Part shown: one piece after another, positions 1-12,365 of the stretch
Numbering within the stretch: the first letter of the stretch is position 1
Layout of the letters: each line of letters starts with the position of its first letter
Origin: Octopus sinensis
Lineage: Eukaryota
Direction of reading: 5' to 3'
DNA: 64,000 nucleotides
Assembly: GCF_006345805.1 (NCBI RefSeq)
Contig: NC_043010.1
Span: 58,280,001-58,344,000, forward strand
Notes under the pieces: generated by a model
What the model was told of the DNA's origin: nothing
The model's input: only the letters and a program-made list of their open reading frames with translations
Database searches by the model: none
Translations under genes and position numbers: made by a program

Positions 1-214
1 AAAGTAATCTTTCTACCCCTATCTCTAAAGTGGTGAGGTTTTGAATCTACAAATGAACAAAAATGCACTCAATATATGGAATTTAGTGTATATTATGAAA
101 AGATTGTGGCTTCAAAGATAGGAAAGATTACATATGTAGAGTGGTACTAAGAGACGCACACAAATTTCAGCAAAATAAGAAATGAAATGTTATGTGGTAT
201 CAAAATGAGAAGAT

Positions 215-460
215 CAAAGGTCCTTCCTGAGTCATAGGCTCGTAAAGCTATTGTCCTGGATTCTGTGGCTTATGTATATACTTTGCTTTGATTGAATGTC
301 ACTTTTTCACATGATTTACTCATTTTTGCCAGCTGAGTGATTTGGAGCAACATGAAATGATACGTTTTGCTCAAGAACACAATACATCACATGGTTCAGG
401 AATCATAACTACAATCTTAAGGTCATGAGTACAACAGCCTAACCACAAAGACATGTACAT
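215..460 (-). mobile_element. tRNA-head SINE, family B (degraded)
   Basis: Shares the block CATTTTTGCCAGCTGAGTG...GCTCAAGAACACAA...CTAACCAC with many other copies in this window. Confidence 0.7.
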
Positions 461-3334
461 CTACATTATGTGATACAATGCTTCATATAGTTTATATGTT
501 CCCTTCAATATGGCTAGAAATTTTGTAAAATTTTAAAGAAAAATTTCCCCATAAACCATAAATATTATAAGATATTGTAAGATCTTTAATAGAAATAGCA
601 TTAAAGTGCATACCAAGATCTTTGCAGCTTCTGTATATCATATGAATAGAGGAAATTTTTCCAGTGTGAATCTACAAGACCCTTTTCTCTTCTATGTAAT
701 TACAATAAACCTAATGTCTTCTCTCTCAACGGTATGTCTCTTTCTAAAGCATTACTATAGGTAACTAACTTTTTATTTACATTTAAAATTGAGAGAAAAA
801 GCTCTGTCAAGATTCCTTAACATTCCTTTAACTCTTAAACAATTTAATAAAAGCATCTTGTTTATCAGGGTTTTCCCCAGCTACAAAAATTTATGGATCT
901 ATGAGAATTTGAAATGTTCATGTACTTAATTATGTATATTATGCATTAAATTATGAGCAAATGAAATAGTTTCATAGAAAAAACATAAACCAGACATTTG
1001 TTGATGATTTTCTATGTTTACAGTAAATGAGTTGCATGCTGACCATTGCTCAGAGGTGGATCCAAGTTACATGGCATTGTGGATTAACAAAGTATATCAC
1101 CCACTTGGTGATCTTCAATATTAAATTTCATTTATGAATTTACTTGTAGTTTTATTTGACCAAGAAAAGCTTTAAGAAAATTTGTGAACAAAAAACGAAA
1201 GCTGTGCCCTGAGTTCCCAAGATGTCTGAATACTTTAACATTACAACTTTCTAAAACGTTATATATTTACTTCACTATATTGTTATATAGATTCACTTCA
1301 CTGTGATAGTTATATATTCTTTGATCTTATAAAACTATTCTATTTGATGGTGTGTCTTGGTTCAGCAACAGATGCAGTAAAACTGTGTGAATTCTGCAGG
1401 ACATGACACGGTTTGCATTCTTTGCATCAGAGTGGAAGACAAGCAGCCTGCGACTATTTTAAAGAACGTCACAAATATCAGCAATCCATTAACAAATGGC
1501 TTTCTGTTTGTGTGGTTGAATATTGAAACAATAATTCTGACTGGCTGAATGTTGCAAAGAATGCTTCTGAGATACTGTCATCTCAAAATGTTTTCCACTC
1601 AATGGATGTCTTTTAAAGTGTGAAAAATCGTCATAAGCAAACTACAATAAACCTCTCCACTTCAATCAAAAACAGTCTCTCAAATGTTGATAATCTTTAT
1701 AACTGCCTCAACAAACATGTTTAATTGTAATTATAGATCAAACAAAACACTGGAAAATATAATTATAAAATATGCAGTCTTTAAACATTTCAGATGTAGT
1801 GTTTAAAACAAAATATACATTCAGGTACTCACGAAGCTACCTCTCCACCTCACTCACTAAATATATATGGAGTTTAACGGATGATAATATTGGCAATTAT
1901 AAATTGATTAATTATTATAGAGCACACATCCCAGTACATTAAAGAGTGGAGTGTATGTTCTATAATACCATAATCAGATGGAGAGACAATGAGCAAACAG
2001 AATGAGTGCACTTTATCTCTCAGGAAAGTATAACATTCTGTTACAAACTTCTGCAAATTTCAACAAAAAGCCAGAATTGGTGAATACTAGCAGGCATTTT
2101 CATTGATATTTACTGAGAAATTTCAGAATTCCAACTGGTGAAAAATGCTTAATTCCCCACAGACTGCATCTACACTGAATCACTGTCATTTATAAAAAGA
2201 CAAACTCAGTTATTCATCAAAACTAAAATGGAATTAATCCTAACCACCTTCCTTGTAAGTATAAATTTGTGCAGTGTGTGCAAGGGGGGGTGGGGGGTGT
2301 ATTTAAACATTTGAATGCAAATACTACTGATAGAGAGTACCAGAACATAATATAGTTATTAAGGAGAACATTTGAATTTTCTAACTCTGAGTTTCACATC
2401 TCTAATTGCTAAATAAACAAAAAAAAAAGTCATTAAGGTGAGAAACTGAGACAATGAAAACGAAAGAAGAAATTGATTTTTTTTGTTTTGTTTTTTTGTG
2501 TCATGAAGAATTCAAATTGGTAATAATTGTAACAACAACAACAACAATAATGGTGTCTGATTGATTGCAATAATAATATAACCATCATTGTCACTGCCAT
2601 CACCATCACCATCACCATCATCATCATCACATCTGGTCCCTTTGTTCTTGAATGACAACACCACCAAGTTGGCAGACACTTGGTCTGGTAGAGTTGGTAA
2701 CATGCTTGTTCCGGGTTCTAATTCTATCAATTGGTCTCATATTATATTCTTAATTATCTCACAATCTTTATTAAGCTACAGTGAATTATATTGTTGATAC
2801 ATACACACATACATATGTATAAACATATATACATAATTATATATATACATACATATGTGTGTGTGTGTATGCATGTATGTATGTATATATGTATATATGC
2901 ATGTATGATCCAAAATTTTTCGGCAAATGCAAGCACATAGGTTTCTTTTGTCAAACCAGAGGACACCGGCCACTCCACATTGAGTAGCTGTCTCGGAGAA
3001 TTTAGCCTTCTTTGTTATATTATTCTACACCAGCCACATTAATTATGGTTTCTACAGTCAAGGCAGATGAAGATCTTAGTTTTCTTACTTTTCTTTCCTT
3101 TCATCTCATTCCACTTTTTGCATCAATCTCTGGCATGTTTTTTTTTTCTCCTTTTTTTCATGTTTTTCCATAGTCCAGCATCCTGGTTTTACATCTAATG
3201 TTTGAACTGAGCCTGAAAGGTTGCTTGGAGATACATATCATGTTATGTAAATCTACCAATTTAATGTATCTTAAAGCATGAAACTATTAGTTGCTCTTTT
3301 ATAATTGTGTATATTAAATGATATATATATTTTA

Positions 3335-3490
3335 TATTTTATCTCCCTGTTTATTTCTGTGTTCCTTTCTGTTGAAGAGCATAGGCTTGAAACGTAAAAG
3401 ACTTTCTCACTTCCTGAGTGTTAAAGTAATACATCTGTTTGTTGTCTACACACTCGTCTTCATCTTTTGTATTTTTTAAAATTCTCACTA
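3335..3490 (+). mobile_element. Penelope-like pLTR remnant with a minimal hammerhead-like motif
   Basis: Homologous to 9990-10135 (minus); contains CTTT-CTGTTGA-A-GAGC..GCTT-GAAACGTA-AAAG and ends in (TA)n. Confidence 0.6.
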
Positions 3491-3689
3491 TATATATATA
3501 TATATACATATATTTATATATAGACACACACGCACACTTGTGATGCACTTCGGTGTTGCCTGGGTGTTATGACCTATAGACACATTGTATTATTTTTCTT
3601 AAGGGCAGAATCGGCACACAGGGAGGATGAAGCAAGCCACTCTTCTTTATAAACATGTTTTTCTAGTCATTTTCTGATGAACAACTCTG

Positions 3690-3840
3690 CAGTTTCTCTC
3701 TACCAAATTCAGCCACCAAGTCTGTGGTTGGCTTAGGGCTATAGTAGAAAACACTAGCCTTAGGTACCATGCAGAGGGTCTGAATGTGGAACCATGTGAT
3801 TGGGAAGCAAACTTCTAAACCACACTAATTCTTGCACCTA
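3690..3840 (-). mobile_element. tRNA-head SINE, family A (degraded)
   Basis: Reverse complement matches the family A head (GTGGT..AGAAG.TTGCTTCCCAA.CACATGGTTC). Confidence 0.65.
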
Positions 3841-4879
3841 ATATGTGTGTGAGTTTGTGTATGTGTTTACATTTATTGTGAAATCAAGTATTGTGTCCCA
3901 CCATGTCTCAAAAGTTAGCAGTTCATCAAGCAGAGATCTATAAAATATATGCCAGATTGAAATACGTTCTGAGGTCAGTATGATCTATTAAATTTTTGAA
4001 GGTGATACCCCATCATAGTAACAGTCAAAAGACTAAGCCCAGTAAAACAATGTTTAAAGACTTAATAGTTTCAAATTTAAGGCAATGGATTACTAACCAC
4101 AAGATAATGAGTTCAAAACTTCGTACTGAACTTCCACTCTATACAAAAACACTATATGTACATATCAGTCTACTTGACTTCCAACAATCAACAATTGTAA
4201 TTTGAAATTGAATGGTTAGCAGTAAGAAAGATTTCCAGATTTCTTTAAAAATTTTTGTGCAAAATATTGAGAAAAAATTTTTTTTTCACAGCAACAAAAC
4301 ACACCCAGAGCCAACTCTCTCTTAAACACACCCTTTCATCAAAATAAAGACATAGATTTACAGTATTTCAGGAAGAAAAAAACCCAAATACCTAATCTAT
4401 GGGTCTGCTACATCAGAGGTAACTCTGGGCTAAACAAAACACAGACAAACATACTTTACATTAGAAGATTTTCTACTAAATAACACTAATAAAATTGATG
4501 GTATATCTTTGAAGTTTCATTCCCTCCATGTATTTTAAACATTTTCTCATTACGCTCGAGCTAAGACACAAGGATTGTTCAGGCAGAGTTGCCTCCCTTA
4601 GCTAAAGACCTCAAAATTGTGCGACCCAACCTGGTTTTCAAGGTTATTTTTATAGTAAAAAAAGAGTTGTGCAAAAAAACACATTTCATTTGGTAGCCGA
4701 AAGATTATTGAATCTTTTGATACCTCATACGTCAAAATTAGCAACTCGGTTTTCAAATCAATAAGAAACACATGCACCACACACAGACTCACACAAACTC
4801 TGTTAAATATTATAAGATATATATATATATGCATGCATGTATGAATGCATGAATGTATGTATGTATATCACTGTTTCAC

Positions 4880-5165
4880 AATATCACTGAATTGCCCAGA
4901 CTGTTGATTGTTCTTACCCCACCACTGGTCACAATGTAAGGAATCACATTGTTGTAGCTTTCAAATACTGTCACCCCACTGATTAGGTTAGCAAGCAAAC
5001 ATTCACCCAGAACAGAAGACCAGTCTGTTGCACGTTTACCTTTTTACAGTTGAGTGGATTGCAGCAACATGCAATGAATTGTTTTACTGAAGAACACAAC
5101 AGGCTGCCAGTCTAGGAATCAAAACTACAACCTTACAATCATGAGTGCAACACCTAACCACTAAA
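4880..5165 (-). mobile_element. SINE, family B
   Basis: CAGTTGAGTGGA..GCAGCAACATG...GAAGAACACAAC...AATCATGAGTGCAACACCTAACCAC. Confidence 0.6.
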
Positions 5166-5374
5166 AATATAGACACACATATAAGATGGTAGAACCCTTG
5201 TTTTGCTTCTATCTTATATATTACTGTAAAGACACTGGAGCATCTTAGACACACTTCAGTTTCAGCAACATGTATTCAGGAAAGAAGTTTTTCGTGCATT
5301 AAAGCTCATGGGGTGGGAGGGCAGTTTCATAGATAAGACTCAAGGTAATATTTTGGAGACATTGTTTTGGGAAA

Positions 5375-5612
5375 AAAAGTGTCTTATATGCCATCGAGTA
5401 TGGTAAGCATTTGTGATGGTGCCACATAAAAAGCACCCATGTGGTACCATGTAAAAGCACCCAGAACACTTTGTAAAGCAGGTGGCATTAGAAAGGTCAT
5501 CCAGCTGTAGAAACCAAACCAAAACAGACTGGAGTCTGGTGCAGTCTCCCCAGCTTGCCAACTCTGGACAAATTGTCCAACCTTAACCAGCATGGACAAC
5601 AGACATCAAATG
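5375..5612 (+). mobile_element. Family C repeat (RTE-LINE 3' tail or RTE-mobilised SINE)
   Basis: GCCACATAAAAAGCACC...GGTCATCCAGCTGTAGAAAC...GCCAGCATGGACAAC; same block follows the RTE ORF remnant at 56460-57170. Confidence 0.7.
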
Positions 5613-6244
5613 ATGTATGTATATATATATGCACACACACATACAAGGTGTATGGATAGGCAATTTACTGCATCATGTTGTACTTCAGGGTTCAATGCCA
5701 GGATATTGTCTTCTAGCATTGCTTTTTGTCAATCAAAGCCTGATGCAAGACATTTGAAGAAAAACAAAAATCTACGATGAAGTTCAAATGGCGTGCGCAC
5801 GTCCATTTGTGCTTATGTATATATGGGGTTGTACATGTTTGGGCATCAGTATGTTTATTAATAAATAAAATGGTAATACACATATACATGTACACACACA
5901 CACGCATGTACACACACACATGTACACACATACAGACAGATATACTAATGCCTACATACAAACGTGTACCCACATACATTTCTATATACATCCATTTATA
6001 CACCCTTATTTCCATGTATGCACTCCTATAGCTGAGCCGTATTGCTACTCCCTTATAACTCCCCACACACACATCCACCCCCATTATATATTTATTGATC
6101 AGTCATGCCTGGCTGTATTAACAGTTACACACACACACACACACACACATATACACCCAGTTAAGATATTGATTAATATACACTCATGTTCCCTTCAATA
6201 AAACATCAACCAACCTTCAGTGAGATTGCTGAGTGTTGTTGGCG

Positions 6245-6575
6245 TAGTTGTTGTAGTTGGGTGGTGGTGGTGGTTGTGGTGGTAGTGGTTGTGATGGTGG
6301 TGGTGGTAGTGGTTGTGGTAGTGATGGTGGTGGTAGTGGTTGTGGTAGTGATGGTGGTGGTAGTGAAGGTGGTAGTGAAGGTGGTGGTAGTGGTTGTGGT
6401 AGTGATGGTGGTGGTGGTAGTGGTTGTGGTGGTGGTCGTGATGGTGATTATGTGATATTTTCTACTTCTCTCATTTACTATTATCAATATTGACAGAATT
6501 ATTGTTGACAATAATAATAATAATAATAATTATTATTATTATTATCATTATTATTATTATTATCATCAGTATCAT
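6245..6575. repeat. GGT/AGT/GAT trinucleotide array with a 27-bp higher-order unit, followed by (AAT)n/(TAT)n
   Basis: GGTGGTAGTGGTTGTGGTAGTGATGGT at 6302, 6329 and 6383, with a variant at 6356. Confidence 0.9.
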
Positions 6576-7899
6576 GGTGGTGGTCTTCCTTTATCACTTT
6601 TCTACTGTTACTACCACCATCACGACCACCATTATACCATATTTGTATAGTAATTCTTGTTGAATCAGCAGTAGTTGTTGTGCTTGATTGTTGTTGTTGT
6701 TGTCAGTAGTAGTAGTAGTAGTGGTGGTGTTGCTGGAAGGCCTGTTGTCTCTGATGACAATGTGTGGTTGTTATTATTGTCATTGCTATTGTTGATATAA
6801 TTGTTGTTGTTCTTGCTGTTACAATCCACTCCCATCGATCTTAAAAGAACCCCCCCCCCACTCCCACTCCCACAGATAACCAAATGCTGCCATTAACAGA
6901 AACAAGCATGGTTTTGTTTTGATTTTCTCTTCCAGCCTTACTCCATCCACACAGTGCCCCACCCCTACTATCCGCTAGTGAGGATGGATGAAGCTATTAT
7001 CAGATAAACAAAACACAAGCAGAAAGCAATGAGGGAGCCTCTCCATGGTCAACTGACCTGTCGGAAGTAGCAACTAAATTCCCTCAAATCACATACTGGC
7101 ACTCCTTAAAGGGATGGTCATAACAAACGTAGAGGAAGGTTGCTGTGTGAGATAACAGTCATTACAATGTGGTAAATATTCCAGCCAGTGTGATATCCCA
7201 GATTCTCTGATCAGTGAAATATGGTAAATATTCTATGCAGGATGATACCCTAGTTAAACTATTCTTTATTTGATATGATATTTACCCTGTTCTCTGTAAC
7301 ATCAACAGACTCTTATTCCCTGTGGTACCATACTTATCCATACATATTATCATTTAACAAGAACCTCTCTATAAAGTGTTATCTCATCTCTCCACAAGTA
7401 ACCCTACCCTTAATCTACAAACAATCCGATAAAATAATATTGCTCCTGTTTTGTGGTTTGTGTCTGCTTTTGTTAGTTGCTATTGGGGCCTTGTATAGAT
7501 TAAGAGACACAACAAATCCTTCTATTAAGTGCCATATCAAACCTCTACAATCCTATAAGGACCCACTCCACCCATTAAAAAAAAAATCCATCTGAATATT
7601 GGAAAACAGTTTCCAGTATCATGATGATTCATGCTGGGTGTCAGAACGTCAACATAAGGGTGGCTGCTCAATGTTCTGTGAATGCTGTAAAGGATGTAAG
7701 ATGAGACATGGCAAGATGCAATGAAGACTATGAAGTTGTGAAAGGGACACAACAGCCATTCTGAATGCATTCACACATTGCAACTCATTCCCGTGTTTTT
7801 CTCAAGGCCTTTGGCTCAATTCAGACAGTTACATGAAACAGTTAGAGATGATGGTTAAACCCTGGTTGGAGAGGCTTGCTGCTGGAAGGCCATTTAGTA

Positions 7900-8738
7900 G
7901 GTCAGCAAGTATGAAGTTTGTTGTAAGAAATATGGTAAACTTTGACAGCTGCTCATTTTGTGCCATTATTATATTTTGACAAGCTTTATTTTTTGCTAGA
8001 AAGCTGACACATCTATTTCTTTATTGTAACTCATTTTGTGCTTTATAAAGTATTTATAAATTTTTTGCTATTTTCGTTTCATCATCATCATCGTTTAACG
8101 TCCGCTTTCCATGCTAGCATGGGTTGGACGAGTTGATTGATGTCTGGTGATCCAATACAATAACCGTAAATGTTCAGCACAATGGTTGGACAAAGACGAG
8201 CCATCAAAACACAGTCCAAAAAGCAAAACTCATCAAAAGAAGCTGATGGTGTGTGTTTGGTGGTCAGGCACAGGTGTGATCCATTATGATTTCATTAAAC
8301 TTGGCTCATCAATCATGGCCAAAGTATACTGCAGCCAACTGGACCAAATGATGCAGAAACTTTAAAAACAAAAACATCCTAGATTAGTCAACAGATCCAC
8401 TCTTATTTCATTGAAAGACAACACCAGACCACACATTGCAAAAATGACATTGGCGAAACTACAGGAGTTGGAAGTTCTCCATCAGCCACCATAGTCACAT
8501 GATCTTATGTCCACTGATTACCACTTCTTCCAGAATTTGGATAGGGAAAAGATTTAATTCCAATGATGTTGTAAAACAGGCCTTCCAAGATTTAATTATC
8601 TCTAGATTGCCAGGCTTTTACAGTTCCGGGCTAGACAAGCTACTGCTAAAATGGCAAAAGTGTATTGACTATTCCTTGTATTTTTAAAACATTAGCAAAC
8701 AATTTTTTTCTTTTCTACAAACTTCATACTCGACAACC
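7900..8738 (+). mobile_element. Internally deleted mariner with TIRs and TA target duplication
   Basis: Left TA-GGTCAGCAAGTATGAAGTTTG versus right CAAACTTCATACTCGACAACC-TA; transposase motifs KLMVCVWW, KDNTRPH, HDLMSTDYHFF, KWQKCI. Confidence 0.85.
8081..8146 (-). mobile_element. Short family C tail inserted into the mariner
   Basis: (CAT)n-CGTTTAACGTCCGCTTTCCATGCTAGCATGGGTTGGACG, near-identical to the copies at 18100 and 41830. Confidence 0.85.
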
Positions 8739-9298
8739 TAGGATTTAGCTCCTTTCATGTCTTTGGAAAGAGTCAGAAGTAGTTGTTGGAGAATTTATAA
8801 CTTCGTCAGAACCAATTTCTGGCCTCTTTATTCCTCTCATTGTAATTCCATGGATTACTAAATATGGGACACAGTTGAGAAAGACAGCCAACCGCTCTGC
8901 CTGTAGCACCAATGTCAAGTTAATGGCCGAGATCAAGGAGATGTTCAAAGATCTTATCAGGGATACAATGAAGAATGCATGTGCCAGGTTCTGGAGCAGG
9001 ATGGAAGCTGAGAGGTGGGACTTCTTGGAGTAAACTCATCTCCCAGCCATAACCAAGTTGATATTTTTTGCATGGGATACTGGGATACAGTGTTTCCTTT
9101 TCCTTTAATGCATACTGTCAAATTTAGCCTGAACATCCTGTGTTATAGTTCCTATGTACATTTCACTATCATGGTTGTTTGGGGGCCCTACACTAGGTAT
9201 TCCAGGAGCATTTAGATGTTCAACTAAAATGGATCAACAGGGAACACTTTATTGCTTTAAGTTATAGATAACTTAGTACATGCATATACATATATATA

Positions 9299-9981
9299 TT
9301 GGGCCATCCCATAAATAATGTGGTTTTTGTCAATTGCATGAACTAAAAGTCAGAGAGGCCGGATAAACTACCTGCATTAACTTGTTATAAAAGCACGAAG
9401 TAAATTTACCTTGTGCTTATTCTTAGTGCAAGTTTTGAAGAGTGCAGTTCGATTTTAACAGTTATTTTTTCAAAGTTATAATGGAAGTGACAACAGAGCA
9501 TATTTGGCATATTTTGCTTTATGAGTTCAATAAAAGCAACAATACATTAAAAAGTGTGAGGAATATTAATGCAGTATATGGGAATTGGAGAAATTCTGAG
9601 CCAGAAACTACAGCCTAGAAGATGAACCTCATCCTGGAAGATCTGTAGAGCTCAATGAGGATGTCCTGCAAACCCTGGTCGAACGAAGTCCCATTGTAAC
9701 TGTTGAGGAACTAGCAGAGAAGCATAGATTTGGTCATTCAACACCTGTGTGCCCCACCTACCATATTTGCCAGACATTGCCCCAACTGATCATCATTTAT
9801 TCTACAGTCTTCATAATCATTTGGACGGAAAAAATATGAATTCTACAGACGAGGTCAAAACAAAACTGGAGGTGTATTTTTCATCACGGACAAGTGAATT
9901 TTGGAAGAGGGGTCTTGCAAGTCTACCAGATAGATGGAAGAACATTGTAGATAAAACCACATTATTTATGCGATGACCCAA
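9299..9981 (+). mobile_element. Internally deleted mariner (683 bp) with TIRs and TA TSD
   Basis: TIRs TTGGGCCATCCCATAAATAATGTGGTTTT and the reverse complement at 9953-9981; N-terminal MEVTTEHIWHILLYEF...YSLEDEPHPGRS and C-terminal PYLPDIAPTDHHLF...LPDRWKNIVD; catalytic core missing. Confidence 0.9.
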
Positions 9982-9989
9982 TATATATA

Positions 9990-10135
9990 GTTCAAGTTTA
10001 CAGAAAACAAAATACAAAGACAGGTGGAAGAACAACAAGTAGGAGTATTAGTTTGACACTCAAGAAGAATGGAAAGGTCTTTGACGTTTCGAGCCTACAC
10101 ACTTCGACAGAAAGGGGTGAGATATTCACATATGT
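9990..10135 (-). mobile_element. Penelope-like pLTR remnant, second copy of the 3335-3490 family
   Basis: Minus strand CTTT-CTGTCGA-A-GTGT..GCTC-GAAACGTC-AAAG plus homologous downstream sequence. Confidence 0.6.
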
Positions 10136-10599
10136 ATATACGTAAAGAGAGAAAGAGTGGGGGGGGGGATACATAAACACACATATATACATAGTGGTGG
10201 GGGAGGTAGCAGTGGTGGTTGCAGTACATGTCCTGATGGTATTGCTGCTGCTGTTAGTGTTGATACTTCTATGTCAGGGTCGGACAATAAATTATTGTAC
10301 ACTACCATTTCCTAGAGAAGTGTCAATACCCAAGAAACATCTACCCCCAGCCCTATCGACCCAACCCACAGCCATAGTAATCTGAATAAGGTTTAAATGC
10401 CATCCTCTTCCACCATTATCACCCTTGCCCCTTGTGTCCATGCTCATCCCTTTGTACACCTTTATGAAACCCTTAAAATCCAATTCATGTTGGAACTGAT
10501 TTCATTCCCTAAACTCATATCCCTTTCTAATCAAAAATGGCAACTTATTAGGGGATGATGCAACCACCACCACCACCACCACCACCAGCAACACCACTG

Positions 10600-10990
10600 T
10601 TGTTAATATACATGCATAAACATGTGTAAATAGATATATACAGACATATACACACACACACACATACATATACATACACACACACATATATACATATACA
10701 CACACATATCTATATACACATATCTATACACATATATATATACACATATACATATATCTATACACACACACATATATATACACATATACATTTATTTATA
10801 CACACACACACATATATATACACACACATATACATACATACATACATATATGTTTGTGTATATGTATGCATATATAGAATATATATTTATCTGTATATGT
10901 AGATGTACATTTGTATGTATGCATTATGTACGTATGAGTGTGTGTATTTTTGCCTGTGAGCGTTTGTGTGTGTGTGTGTGAGAGAGAGAA
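10600..10990. repeat. Compound (AC)/(AT)/(ATAC) microsatellite
   Basis: Direct reading. Confidence 0.95.
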
Positions 10991-12156
10991 AGGGCTCCCC
11001 CTAGGAGAAACTAAATAGACATCAGGAAAAATCAATCTACAACTTCAGCAACACTGGCCCCTTTCCACTAAATCTATAACCCTTATTTTCCCTCACAACC
11101 CCTTTACTTTATCTTCCCTTTATGCTAATTACACCAATTGCAGTTCCACCAAGCAATCCCAAACTTTCCCCTCCCCCCACAATCCAAGATAAACAACTCC
11201 ATTGGTTTGTATGTGTAAACCCCACAGATCCCTTAATATTTATCCCCCTTTTCCCAGAACCCTAAAATAAGATATTTTACCTCTTTGTTTTCTCCCTTCC
11301 CCTATTTCTCTACTCACCCTTATAACAAATTAGGCTTAATCAATTTTTTTCCTGACTATAGGGTGAGAAGTCAGAGTTTGGTGAAGGGAAGTTGATGTTG
11401 TGACAATAATGCACTTCTCAGAATGTATCTGAGCTTCTGTAGGAGGTAAAACAAATGGTTGTCATTATAAATTGAACTTTTACTGGAAATAACATAGGGT
11501 TTTATATATATATATATATATATAAATGGTTATGTAGTTAAAAGGATCAGTAAAATTTATTGGCATATCAGACAGTATGATGATGATGATGATGATGATG
11601 ATGGTGCTAATACAACAGAAGCTGGTATAAAATATCCCCTTTTATCCCTTGACATTCTGAGTTCAAATCTTATTGAAGTCAATATTATCCTCCATTCCTT
11701 CTGGGTTACAAACAAATACATTTGTCTGTCTGTCTGTCTGTAGATAGGTAACCCTGTGATGGACAAGCCTACCAATCAGGAGGAATGCTCACCAGCTCAA
11801 TGGGAAAGCATCATTCGAAAGCTAAAATGAAGCAAGTGCATTGTGACCAGTGATGTATAACAACATCTGATAGTCTGGTGATCACATGATCACGCAGTAT
11901 ACATATCTTTTTTCCTTTCTCTTCACTCCTCTTTCCATATCTGTATTGCTTTAGTTTTCGTCTGCTTTGTGACTTGGTGCTTAGGCTTTCAAGGTCATTA
12001 ATTGATTAATTAACCGAGTAAATGGAACTATGAATGCACCTATAATGTATACCAGAAACAGCTGTAAGTCTACAATGCACAAATAACTATGTAAACCCTA
12101 TTATTTCCAAATTTTCTTGCATTTATATACATATATATACACACACATATCTATAT

Positions 12157-12190
<34 letters not shown>

Positions 12191-12200
12191 ATATATGTAT

Positions 12201-12365
12201 CAGGTGCAGGCATGGCTATGTGGTAAGAAGCTTGCTTCCCAACTGCATGCTTCCAGGTTCAGTCCCACTGTGTGGTACTCAGGGCAAGTGTCTTCTACTA
12301 TAGCCTCAGGCCAACCAAAGCCTTGTGAATGGATTTGGCAGAAGAAAACTGGAAAAAAAAACCCT
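12201..12365 (+). mobile_element. tRNA-head SINE, family A
   Basis: A-box-like TGGCTATGTGG, B-box-like GGTTCAGTCCC, conserved body GGGCAAGTGTCTTCTACTATAGCC. Confidence 0.85.

Larger units (their letters stand above)
7600..9140 (+). mobile_element. Degenerate Tc1/mariner-superfamily element (maT/DD37D-like), split by a mariner insertion
   Basis: Translates as MMVKPWLERLAAGRPF | DLAPFHV...FWPLYSSHCNSMDY*IWDTVEKD...KNACARFWSRMEA; Tc1-like end CTGAACATCCTG at about 9140. Confidence 0.75.

Noticed and set aside
1340-1700. Possible hAT transposase fossil on the minus strand
   Set aside because: Only faint motif resemblance with many stops; it needs an HMM search.
6257-6493. Gly/Cys-rich ORF resembling a structural protein
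   Set aside because: It is fully explained by the GGT-based array; there is no signal peptide or splice context.
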